Position numbers and translations under genes: made by a program. The notes beneath the pieces were generated by a model. It had not been told where the DNA came from and ran no database searches. It saw only the letters and a list, made by a program, of their open reading frames with translations. Shown one piece after another: positions 14,801-26,387 of a stretch of DNA of 64,000 nt (positions are counted from its first letter, which is position 1; each line of letters begins with the position of its first letter). This stretch comes from Antedon mediterranea (Eukaryota; Animalia; Echinodermata): NCBI RefSeq assembly GCF_964355755.1, contig NC_092670.1:24166795-24230794 (forward strand), read 5' to 3'.

Positions 14801-17800
14801 AAGCGATTGTCCTATGATGTCTGCTGATAATGACAACTGAAACAACTCCTACATAGTAAAATAATATGATTACAGTTTATGAACATTATTTTGTGCCTAA
14901 GCGTTACCTAGATAAATAGACTAATATCATAGACTATTCTTCTTGAGGAGCAAGATTTAACTCGAAAAGTTTAGAAATTCTCTCCATAGAAGTATACGCA
15001 AATGATGCCATTGCATTCAATACGGTATAGCTCTAAATAACACGTACCAGTTTTGGTGTTCCCTTTTCTCCGCTTCCCCTTAAGTCTGCCAAAGACAACA
15101 GGTTTTTCAATGTTTGGTGACCATATTTCCCGCTGCTTTTTGTTCCAATTTCCATTGTTGCATCTGTATGCTTGTTCTCTTCAGTTGTTTTCTAAATCAA
15201 TTAATTTGTTTCACAATAAATTCCAAGTAAACGTAGTTTTATATATTTTGAATGAATTCAAAATAAGATAAAGTATTTTTCAGTTTTTATTGTCTATGAT
15301 TAATTTAAATCATAGTAGGAAAATGTGTTATTAATTGATTCGTTCTGGATATAGGCCTAATCTATATTAAAGTATTTGTTTAATTTTAACTGTTGGTACT
15401 TGTACAAAATTCTAATTAGAATGGAAAACTGTATTATTATCATATGATTCGAATAATACCTGTTAATGAAATTATCAGATCTCTGCTTCATTATTAATAA
15501 TTGTTATATGCTATGTTTTAAGTTTCTTTGTTTATTGATGGTATCCATCTGTCCGTGCTGTATATAGACTTACAAGCACAATCATATTGTACTGAATTAA
15601 TACATTATACACATGTTGGCACACAAGTACGTGATTCAAAACCTGGCCTTATTCCACCGTCAGGACAATTCAATTTTAATATGTGAATCTTTGAAACCAT
15701 TTAATACAGCGTGCTTGGTGGTTTTATGGAACTAAACGTTATTGTATTTAGTAATACACCATTTGGTATTAAGATATTACTATATTTATATTAATATTTA
15801 TAACCATACTCATTAATAATTCATGGCAATTGCCTTCTCATTTATATTCTAATAAATGTCTCTTCACCTACAAAAATAACGTAAAAGATGTATTTAGATG
15901 TATTTTGAAAGTCTCTTTCGTACCTATGGTTATAGATAAACAGCCTTTTCTCCTCGAGGATCAAAATACTCGAAGAGTAGTAAATTCATTGAACACCCCT
16001 CTCTAAAAATTACCGTTTGGTAATTTTCTTAATGTTCAAATGAAATGTAAGTAGCCTTTAAGATTAATCTTATAGTCTCTTGTAAACAACATTTCTTACC
16101 GGTGCTATTTTAGAAAATTCTTCATCATCCAATGACGTAATGTCCATGATTTCCGTCATCACAATTGTTTCAAATGCAATACCAACATCTAATTGAAATG
16201 AGATAATATTGCAATTCTTGCAGTAGTGATTTCCATTTAAATCATTCATTAATTGAATGAGGTTTTGCATTATTTCTTATACAAAAAATTAAAAAAAAAC
16301 TGTCGTTTCCGGTGTTTTGGTTCATCCATCTGTCAATTTACGTTATACCAATCCATCCAACAATGTATTCACATGTTTTGTTCTTTTTTTTATCCATTCT
16401 TTATCGTGTATAATAGTCATTCATGTTCTCTGAAAAACTGTCAACATATTACACGACAACAGAATATACGCTGAAATGTTCTTACGTGCACAATAACCTT
16501 CCTATGAGCTTAAAATAAATTCTACCAGATGCATACCTTCGATGTTGCTTTTCTTTTTACATACTGCGAATCCGTCGTGCCAGTTTGGATTTCTGTGTGT
16601 TTTACTCCTCCACCATTTGCCGCTCTTTGATTCAATCGATACACCTTAGATAATAAAGATAACATTTATGATACCAGTTATTAGTAAATGAAGAATAACT
16701 AGAATATCTCTTTTATTTTATTCATGTTTTTTTTCCAATGAACCTGGTGATTGATTTAAAATATGTATTCTGAGTGTAAGCAGGGAAGAATGAATTTCAT
16801 TCTTGCCTGGTGTAAGTATTCTCACCATATTTCTTGTAAGAATCAAAATGTTTGACCCTAGGTTTCCATGGTGGAGTGAATGTTAAGTTCGTACCATCTA
16901 GCCAAACAAATTTTGCATCAGAAAGCTATGATAAAAAGTTGAGCATTAGTTTCAATGTTAATGACTTTATAGACCTTATGATCACAATAATTTAGCAGGC
17001 ATTTTCTGTCGGTTGGTAAGTTTTTAATACAAATGAACGTGTTATAGTACTTACAGTTACATTTTCCTTGACGGTTTCTATATTATATAAACCAATATAG
17101 CAATGTGTGCTGTTTTGAGAACACAAGTTCTTTACAAAGTTGTTCTCGATTTCATTAAGTATTGATGTCAAATTTGAGTTCATTTTCTCACATTCGTTTG
17201 ATGCATTCTTCCAACTACTATCATTAAATAGGTAGTAACAATGTTTATTGTGGTATTTCCAATTAGGTTCGCATTCTAATCGAATAATAAATAATAACAA
17301 TGGTAAAAAAAAGCTCTTATTCCCCCAGTCTGTTATCTTTACATTTTTTTAAGATGCTAAAATTATGTTTATATTACATCTTTACTAAATGATTAACTGA
17401 ACCTTTCCAGGCTCAATATTCCGTATAATCTTAATCCAAACAGTTATATAATACTTGGATATTTATAAATAATGTAAGACCTTAAAATATTACCTGCAGC
17501 AAATCTGCTTCTTTTTTTACATACTGCGAATCCGTCGTGTCGTTTTGGATTGTTGTATTTTCTACTCATGTGCCAGTTTCCGCTCTCTGATTCAATCGAT
17601 ACACCTGTATAAGAAAAAGTAAGGAATAAGTATAAGGTAATTGTAATGTATTTGTTATCGCATTTGTGATGACTGTAATTTAAAAATCTAGGGAGAACGA
17701 TGAAACTAATTGATGATGTGTATATAAATATTTTACAATAGCATTAGTATTATTTTTACCGTATTCCTTGTAAGAATCAAAACTTGTTTCTGTCAATGGT

Positions 17801-20800
17801 TTAGTGAATGTTAAGTTCGTACCATCTGCCCAAACAAATTCTGCATCAGGAAGCTATGATAAAAAGTTGAGTAAGCATGAGTATTTTAGTGATTTTATAG
17901 ACCTTATGATCACTAGTTTAGCAGTCAAGTGGTTGGTAAGTTTGTAATACAAATGAACATGTTAGGCCTATTAGTACTTACAGTTACATTTTCCTTGACG
18001 GTTTCTATATTATATAAACCAATATAGCAATGTGTGCTGTTTTGAGAACACAAGTTCTTTACAAAGTTGTTTTCGCTTTCATTAAGTATTGATGCCAAAG
18101 TTGAGTTCATTTTCTTACATTCTGTTGATGCATTCTGCCAACTACTGTCATTAAATACGTAGTAACAATGCTCATTGTGGCAACTCCAATCAGCTTCACA
18201 ATCTAAATAGAATGATACTGTCACATTTGTTTTTAACCATAACGACCCACTGCTATGTATAAGCGAATTCGAATAAGCGCCCCGTTTTGAATAAATACCC
18301 CCCACCCCTACCCCCATAGAACATGATAACCCCCCACCCCGGGGATTTATTTCCTCGATTAAACGCCCCGCCACATGCACACAGTGTCAACACATTTCTA
18401 TTTGTAGTAGAACTCATTGATTGACATGATCTACAATTCACCAAACATTTTGAAGTTTTACTTTATTTATCACTTCTCGATATTAATTGTGTTGTATTTT
18501 TTAATATCTATGGGGTATTTATTTGAGTATACATGTTCCCATGTAAAAAAAATAAACACCTACCAGAATAAACACCCCCATACTTAATATTCCATATAAT
18601 CTTAACATATAAAAGCAATTACTCAAATTATTAGAATAAATAAGTTAATAATGTTATTATTATGTACCTACAATAATTTCAGATTTTTCATTTTTCAAAT
18701 TGTATTGTTTAATATCAATAAGTCACAATAAAATAACAATAATAATGGTATTAGTGTATTTTTAGCAGTAATTAATAGGATTAAGGAGAGGCCATCATTT
18801 AGTATTAATACCCTTTTTAATGGGATTAAATTACAGCTCGTCTTTTAATTAACACCATTTTTAGATTATACTTAATTAATTTTAATACTATTAGGTACTA
18901 TGTACCTAAAACGAGTAAAAAAACTCACTATCGGTTGAAATGTGTGCACCTTTTCCCGACATATAATGAGTTTGTTTTTCGTTTAGAAACTGAATTGTGT
19001 TAGGTTATGCATGTTATGGTAAAATGTAAATAAATTGAAGTAGTATTATTCTATTAACAATTTACTCACATATAGCCATAAAAGCTATAGCTGTTAAAAA
19101 TGTATAGTCCCCCCCCCCCCACCCCAAAAAAAGTTGAAAATTAAAGATTTGAAAAAAAAAAGGAATTTCAATGACCCACTTCGCAGGTTTTAATAAAATT
19201 AATAAGTTACGTAGAAAAGAAAAAAAAAACAACATGTTTTTACTTCTAAAAATACAAAGTACACTTAGTCACATATAGCTATAAAAGCTATAGCTGTTAA
19301 AGATGTATTGTCCCCCCAAAAAAGTTGAAAAATAAAGATTAATTAAATAAAAATGTCAATAACCCACTTTGCAGGTGTTAATAAAATTAATAACTTACGT
19401 CAGAAAAGAAAAAAAAAATGTTTTTACTTGTAAAAAGACAAAATAAACGGTTAAATTCAACCAAAAACCCATTGACTTCATTTCATTTACTTCATATACA
19501 TATTTATTCAGTTATTATATATGACAACAACAACTGGGGCCCTCACTAGAATCAATAGCTTGTCTCATGAGGGCCCCTACAATACAAGTAAGCAGAAATA
19601 CATAAAAGAAAAAACATTATAAAACAATAAACAAAATATAAGTCAATCACGAAGGAGAAACAATACAGAGCAGTCAGTTTGACTATGTTTTGCTTTGAAT
19701 TATAGTTTTTGGGTAAATAATTTAGTTTTTCGATCCAATTTGTTGTCAAAGTTAATAACTATTATGTGAAATTAAAATGGCATAAGACTATTCAACAAAA
19801 ATATTTAAAAACTTTTTTCGGGTTGACAATATAATATTCAATATTCCCATTGTTAGATGTGTAGAGGGTAGGGAGAGAGAGTAGTATTACTTTCAATTAA
19901 GTTGATTATAACAAACAATCGTTGGCCGAATTCATCTCACCCTAAAGATTGGTTCCGTGAACGCAACGCAAATACGTAAGCGCATCGGAAGTAATTCGAC
20001 CAATCATAGCGCGATATATCATTATCACTCCCGTCGTGATTGGTCAAATGTCTTGCGTTGCTTCTCCTATAACACATATGCATGCACCGTAAGGGAAGTC
20101 CTTAGATATTTTAAGTATGAAGAGATTGTCATTGACAAAAAAAAATCTATTTTTTAAGGAAACCAAAAAAAAAAGTCAATTTGAAATCTTGTATACTTTT
20201 AGTTCTTTATCATTAGTTTACTAGACATTAACGTTGTAATTGTTGCTGCCGTTGTTTTTTTAACCGGATCCTGATCGGGCCTTGTAAGGAAGACACTGAT
20301 TTTATTCTATGGGGTCACAACGTGCTTCAATCCTATTAGACAATTGTTACGCACGCTTTTTACAACTGAATACATTTAAGTTAAAATTGCTGATTTACTG
20401 AGTTATTGCGAGTATAATCACTGTAGAGTATATTTACTTTAGAACAGATAGGACTAAGACTTACATTTCAAATAACAGTAAAATCGTAGTATGTGCATCA
20501 TTACATTATTTTCAAGGTTGGGACAGTTTAAATTCAGTTTCTCATAAAATTATATACTCTACTGAGAACTTAGCTGGTAATTATGACAATGAATAATTGA
20601 TCCAATTCTTTTGAATATTTTAACAGAATTCATAATCGCGGAAGTACAGTAATATTAATTTGTTTACCCTTGTGTTTGTTGTTGTAGAATGACTGTTATT
20701 GTGATTTTAATATATTAACGCATAATACCTGTTGTTTCTGATTGATCAATTGTGTCTTATGCGGATTCACCCATGACAGAATGATACTGGCAATTATTAT

Positions 20801-22023
20801 GTTTTCTTTATTTTGTTTGGCTATAATATGATATAAAGCAAACTCAGAGAAGAAAAAAAGGGAGAAGACATGTTGGGCAATTGTTGTCACTTCAACATTT
20901 TTTTTTAAATGCATCAATTATTACACCCAATTGTAGCTGGAATGTTTAGACTAATTAAAATATTACATAAATTCATCTTGTTCCAAATCAATAACATTTT
21001 TTAATTTGTTACTTTTTTGTTGAAACCAAAACAACAAAAATCTAAATTCCTAGAGGAATTTGTCGACACTTTCGTCAAATTTAGACTCTGTCTACACTAT
21101 CAAAGTTTATGTGACAAAAATGGGATGTGCCCATAAATGGACATGATGATGTCATATCACTACTATATTTGGGCATAGTACTACCATATTTGGGCACATC
21201 ACACCTTTCTTGTTAAACTAGTTTGAGTGTAGACAGAGCGTTAGTGTTTGGATTGTAATTACTTAAAATCTAATTTGGTTCAACTTGAATACAGTATACA
21301 AATTCAAGAATTACCTAACGCACGTTTTCTCCAAAGTTCAACACGTTGTTTAGACAAGTAAATATATTATCTTAATCAGTGGAATCGGCATAGTTTACAC
21401 ATAACCATTAACAAAGTACACTGTGTTACCATATAGTGCAATCCAATATTATTATTCATCTTGTAATACCATATACAGTACTTCAATATCTGTTGTTGAC
21501 TTTACGAATTACATTACTTTTTTGTATTATCTTCCCGGCATCAATTTTGTTAATTTGTAGTTCGTTTGCAATAGCAACCGATATATTAGCTTCTGATATT
21601 CTTTCAATCAAAATTGAAAACAACAGCAGTAACAACAATATTTTAATGAATAATTAGTATAAAATTAATTAATTAAATGAATTGAACAGTAATCCAGAAT
21701 TTATTTCACTAATTATGATTTAATAACCGGAATAAAAAAAAAATAAATTCAATGAATATTTAATGAAATAATTTTTAAAAGTTCGATAATGATTCGAAAA
21801 TTTATTATCGAACTAAACCAGAAAGTAGTTCACGAGAGCTTTAATAATCGAGTTTTTTTTCTCGGATCTCAAATTACATGAAGCAAACAGCTATCATCAA
21901 TGTATAAAACAATATGAAATATCTGAATAAAGTATAATTAATAAATGAATACTTACATGGCGAGGCTTTGGTCATGAAAAATAGACTGGCAAATGAAATC
22001 ACATACATTTCAAAATAAAACAT
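2786..22023 (-). CDS. Adhesion GPCR with signal peptide, 2 C-type lectin-like domains, GAIN/GPS and 7TM; 21 coding exons, about 791 aa
   Basis: Exons joined by eye with GT-AG ends and matching phases: 22023-21957, 18202-17982, 17853-17760, 17604-17494, 17275-17055, 16925-16826, 16644-16537, 16188-16100, 14848-14746, 14384-14304, 13629-13569, 13205-13103, 12918-12851, 12327-12231, 10987-10884, 10222-10117, 9052-8832, 5137-5071, 4678-4581, 4219-4051, 2872-2786 (2376 nt, open). Motifs: GPS WSTDGC..CVCNHL/TSFGILL; TM2 IFIHTNL; TM3 CLHF..WMMAEAV; ECL2 CWL; TM6 LLPVFGITWVFG; TM7 LNCPQGLAIFIVYC. Extra small exons cannot be excluded. Confidence 0.88.
2948..3198. mobile_element. Degenerate MITE of the agtagaaccc...gggttcta type
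   Basis: Inverted ends agtagaacccgt / acgggttctac and internal ggggacac motifs shared with the element at 8261-8819. Confidence 0.5.
5427..7380. mobile_element. TA-flanked TIR element with palindromic AGATATCT satellite arms (outer copy)
   Basis: TIR tggcgcgccaagctgtcatt / aatgacagcttggcgcgcca, flanked by TA on both sides; subterminal arrays of 16-19 bp units (agatatctctattaatag, aaaactaagatatct). Confidence 0.8.
5705..6142. mobile_element. Short copy of the same TIR family nested in opposite orientation
   Basis: Has both TIRs and TA flanks; its left end matches the outer right end (aagcaatagagat) and its right end matches the outer left end (ataaagatatctt). Confidence 0.75.
8261..8819. mobile_element. 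Tc1/mariner(pogo)-type MITE with internal ~89-bp tandem repeats
   Basis: tacaatagaacccctc...agaggtcatctgta ends; repeated unit aacactttcagccaaccccttgcttaatgggatgcctctattaaggggacactgacacgtgaaacgaacaag. Confidence 0.6.
12520..12830. repeat. Intronic tandem duplication, about 180-bp period
   Basis: ctatcatagttagcctgtcataattgtaattctgtataa at about 12571 and 12761. Confidence 0.8.
19066..19442. repeat. Intronic tandem duplication, about 200-bp period
   Basis: tcacatatagc..ataaaagctatagctgttaaa at about 19066 and 19269, with matching downstream sequence. Confidence 0.85.
21083..21241. mobile_element. MITE (ctctgtctacactatcaaa family)
   Basis: TIR ctctgtctacact / agtgtagacagag; homologous to 2321-2463. 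Confidence 0.65.
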
Positions 22024-22878
22024 CGTTCTTTCTTTTGTAGGCTATAGGCCTATTCAAATGAAAATGTATCGTCTGTTTTGAAACTGCGTCCGAACTCGTC
22101 GCAAACAATTTTTATTCCGTTTATTTCACGTGATGCATTGTTCAAAATATGATCAACATTGTCTAAATGTATGATGCTAATGAAGTTGTATTGGTGAATT
22201 GGAGCTGAAGGTGTTGGCATAGACCTTTTATAACCAGCTCACCAAACTGCACTCATGTCACGTTTAAAACACTGTAGTAGAAAATGGTGTTCACAATTCA
22301 CAAAGAAATATTAGATAATAATTCTTACTGTGATTGATGACGCGTTTTGGTTTCTTCGAAAAGATCCTTTTCGTCGATCCAGCCTACATTTTGTTGAAAG
22401 GCTTATAATTGTCCGATAATAATATAACGGTTACCTGAAAATGCGTTTCTTATGCCTACTGTGTGTCCGAAAAGCAATCCTCTTTTAGTTTAACAACAAT
22501 CGCCGAAATCGGCGATTATTTTCCCGAGTAACGTAGGCCTACATTCGTTACTGAAGCTTGGCGACGATTTACTTCTTCACCACCTGCAGTGTCGTTTGAT
22601 GGTGACACTCTTTTATCTACAGTGCTCATTTTAATAGAATGATGACGTCACTCAATCTCCCAATAATAATAATACAGTGTGATGTGAAGTAAGCTTTTAT
22701 TGTTTCTACATACTCATCGTTAATACCAACGAGAAATCACTCAACCATAACATAGTAACAGGTAAAATAAAATGTAAAGCTTACATACATTGTCATAATA
22801 TTCATATATTCTGGTTCATTTGCATTTATTATTCATGAGCATTAGCAACACAATAGTCTTTGTTTTTAATAGTCTTTT

Positions 22879-22989
22879 CAATCAATCAACCAACCAATCA
22901 ATCAATCAACCAACCAATCAACCAATTAATCAATCAATCAATCAATCAATTAATCAATCAATCAATCAATCAACCAATCAATAATCAAT
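22879..22989. repeat. (CAAT/CAAC)n microsatellite
   Basis: Directly visible. Confidence 0.95.
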
Positions 22990-24503
22990 ATAAGTAACAT
23001 AACATTTTTCTTGCAGTTAAAAACGGATTTTTTAAAACACAACTTTAAAATATGAAATGCGAATAGACCTACTTTTAACAACACCACGTTAATATGCATG
23101 TTAAAACGCTAAAGATGAGAGAGTTTGAAACAAGAAATTAATAGCATCCTTAACGAGAATCGAACGCGGATTCAGTTTAATATAGTTTTTTACTAGGTTA
23201 TTTAACAAAATGACACCGTCTCCGTTTTCCCGTGAAATCGAAATTCTGTGTGGACGTATCTTTACGCGCATTGTCATGGTTTCTTTTCAATGTTTAATCA
23301 AATAATTAATTTGATATCTGGTACTGTGACATGCCATACCTTTATTATTTACAGTAACTTATTAATTTTACTGTCTAAATTAGCTCAGATTTATTAGTTT
23401 TTTTTTTTCATTGATTCAAATTCAGTTCCAAAGCCAACTTCGGAACTCAACAAAATGTGTTCGGTTGAATAACCGTCGTTCGCTTCTCGAAAAATTTCCC
23501 TTAAATAGTGGTGTACCGAAGGAGGGATTCTACTGTATTTAATTTGTTATGCCCTTTTGAAGAAAAAAAATGCAATGCTTGTGTACCTGTATTATGATGC
23601 ACTCATTGATTGTACACGCGCCTTGTAGTCACCAGGATGTGAGTTCATCCTCGGTTGATCAACTTTCGTTGAAATAATAATTTAAGTGTAACAATCTTAC
23701 AGGATATTGTGTACACTTATATAAGGAGTACTAATCATCTGCGAAAGTATTAAGTAACCATACTACTATGTAGCAATAATCAAAAGAGGGCGCAATGCAC
23801 AAAATTAAAAACAAATAGTTACACCGAGCATCGGAAAATGTAATCTGAAATATTAGTGAAAAAGAATATAGAGTAATGTGATAAAATAGATGTTAAAATG
23901 ATACATTTTTCGTATATAAAATAAATGTAATACAAACACAAATCACAAAGAAAATATAAACACGACCAATCCGTTGTATTAGAGCGAAAGTGGATTTAAA
24001 CACTCTTAAATATTCATTATAGTTAAATACTGCAAGGACTATCTGCCCTATCATCGAAATGATATCAAAGTAAAGCAGAGATACTGTTATTTTTAAAATT
24101 ATAGTTCAAATTGAAATATATCATATGTATAATTATTTTTTCATTTTGTATTAATTATTTTTTAAACAATAGGCCTAGGCCTAATAGTTTTTTAAACTTA
24201 ACTGTATGATTTATTTACATAAGAGACAAACGAAAATATAGTTAATTAAATATTAATAATTATTTTGTATAATATATTACATTTTTTAATTATACAGAAT
24301 GTTCTATATACAGCAGCACCGCATTGCATTTTCACTGATTTTAAAGGTACCACTACAATTTACGTTGAGTATCTTATCCTTATTAAAAGTGTATAACATT
24401 TACATTAGAACACTATTATATACATTATCGGTATTCAAGTTTCAAACCAAAACAATTCACATTTGATTTTCGTTTCCTATATACACCAGAGGTCGTTTTG
24501 TGT

Positions 24504-26387
24504 CTAGCCTCCACGCAGACGGCCCGTCATTTGAATGGTACTCTCATTGGCGATGCCATACGATTGTAAATTTCGTTGGTCTTCGAGATTTTTGCCGCCA
24601 AATACCAACAACTGTTGACTTGGAGAAATTCCAGTTTTTATCTCGATTTTCTTTTTCAATTCACGCACGAGGGTAGATCTCTTCATGCCCGAAAATGTAA
24701 GTGTATTTCCGTTGGTGGTCTTGACGAATACTTGAAAGTTGTCGATTGTGATGTCCTGGCAGTCTCTGTTGAGCAAGTAAAGTAAATTTAAACGTAACTT
24801 ACTAGTATTTAAATAGAAAAATGGTAGTGCATTGGTAATTTGTATCTAATTCATGAAATAGTAGGCATCCGCATAAGCTTTTTCCGTTCTCATACTTTAA
24901 AAAACATTCACATTTTATTTCAAATCCAATTTATTGATGTCATCATACGTCGATATAGGCTTACAGCAATTTATTTCTCGGGTGGTGGTCAACCACTAAA
25001 CAATTCTTCGAAAGGCCAAAGGTTAAGTTAACTATTTGCAATATTCGAACCTAATATTATCAATGACCTCGTTGGCCTCTTAATTGTTGTCGCCATTATA
25101 ATCATCGTTATCATTATCATCGTCATCATCATATTCATCATTATCATCATCATCGTCATCGTCATCATCATCATCGTCGTCGTCTTCGTCGTCATCAGCA
25201 TCATCATCATCATCGTCGTCGTCATAATCGAATCATTTTCATCATTGTCATAAATAATGATTGATCATTACTCACCGTCCTTGTAAGAGAATTTCTATGA
25301 TCTTTTGATCTGATTGGACGATTTCTCTCAACCATCTCAACACGTTTCTGAGTGATTCTTGAGTAAACTGCTCAAAAAGATTCTCTGATGGATTGTGGAA
25401 GTTTGGAAGATCGTATTTCTCCATGTATTTGATGAGCGTCCGCAGCAGGTCCTTAAAGCGATCATGAAGATAATCTTGGTGCCATTGTGTAACGCTTGTA
25501 TCATCGTTAAGATACAGCATGCATGTCTTTAGATGGTATGACGACAACATTCCAAGTTGAGAAGCACCTCTCTTTACTCGAATCGTCTTCAAGATCTTCA
25601 GACAAGCTCTGCGGCATTCATTCTGCCAATCCATATCACTTATGATTATCTGTTCCTTCTGTGTGTAACTCCTACGCCACAGCTGATCGTAGATGTTCTG
25701 TCCAGGTGCCTGTCGAGAGTTTGGACTTTCTGCTTTTGGGTGTCTCTTTGCTACGTACCTGGTGCCATCGAGTTCGATGCACGGCACAATATCAATCGAT
25801 AGTTGTTTTCTGCTGTCATATGTAACATTTATTGTTAAGGCTGGTCCATTAACACTTTGTCTAGCAGTAATCCCAAACAATTCTTGGTTTATCTGGTTCA
25901 CTACTCCCTGAACCAAGGATTGCATCTGTCGAAATGTGGATATCGGGTTGATATAGCCATTAACAACGCAGTCGTTCAGATGTGTGGCACCATTTCTAAC
26001 TTTCTTTATGAAATAATAGCCTGACGAGTGAGTATTGCATCCCTCGGCATTTTCTTCTGCTTTCCACAGATCAGTGCCCATCTTTATAGGGACCAGAAGG
26101 TCAAATTCATCCTCTCGTATCACCTTCAAACCCTCATAAGAGCTTCCTTGGTGGTAAATTGTTCCAAACACGAAGTTAGATGTCTTGAAATTATCTTCCA
26201 GGATCAGTTTGATCTTCTCAACGACAGTCTTAGCGCGCTTTTGTTCAACAACAGGAATGCTCACATGTTCGTGGAAGTATTTTCTCAAAGCGTTAAGAAG
26301 TGGATCTCGGCTGCTTTCGAGCTGTCCAATTTGATTTTCTTCTTCTCCATCGGTATCCCGTTTACGAACATGTTGTTTATTCGCCAT
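24504..26387 (-). CDS. cGAS-like receptor (cGLR, Mab-21 NTase) fused to a C-terminal ubiquitin-like domain ending RLRGG; 2 coding exons (26387-25276, 24765-24504), 457 aa
   Basis: cGAS/Mab-21 motifs HQGSSYEGLKVIREDEFDLLVP, SIDIVP, WRRSY..KE, LKILK, LSSYHLKT, LPNF..SENLF. The ORF's TGA is part of the donor CG|GTGAGT (phase 2); the acceptor tttacttgctcaacAG|A GAC TGC restores the Ubl frame. Start context is accATGg with an in-frame TAA just upstream; an acceptor at 26405 implies a non-coding first exon. Confidence 0.9.
25095..25250. repeat. Degenerate (CAT/CGT)n trinucleotide microsatellite in the cGLR-Ubl intron
   Basis: Directly visible; accounts for the spurious Met/Thr-rich ORF 25028..25225. 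Confidence 0.9.

Noticed and set aside
15805-15867. Extra GPCR exon after a good acceptor
   Set aside because: In-frame TGA in the required phase; the flanking exons join in phase without it.
24504-24776. Stand-alone ubiquitin or NEDD8 gene
   Set aside because: No ATG at the domain start, only about half identical to ubiquitin, and preceded by a splice acceptor in phase with the cGLR exon.
25028-25250. Met/Thr-rich ORF or a poly-Asp linker exon between cGLR and Ubl
   Set aside because: It is a trinucleotide microsatellite; there is no AG acceptor between the donor and the repeat, and the Asp frame ends in TAA.
24504-26387. Bacterial CBASS operon or contamination
   Set aside because: Spliceosomal introns, animal transposons and an adjacent adhesion GPCR; no Cap2/Cap3 or effector genes.
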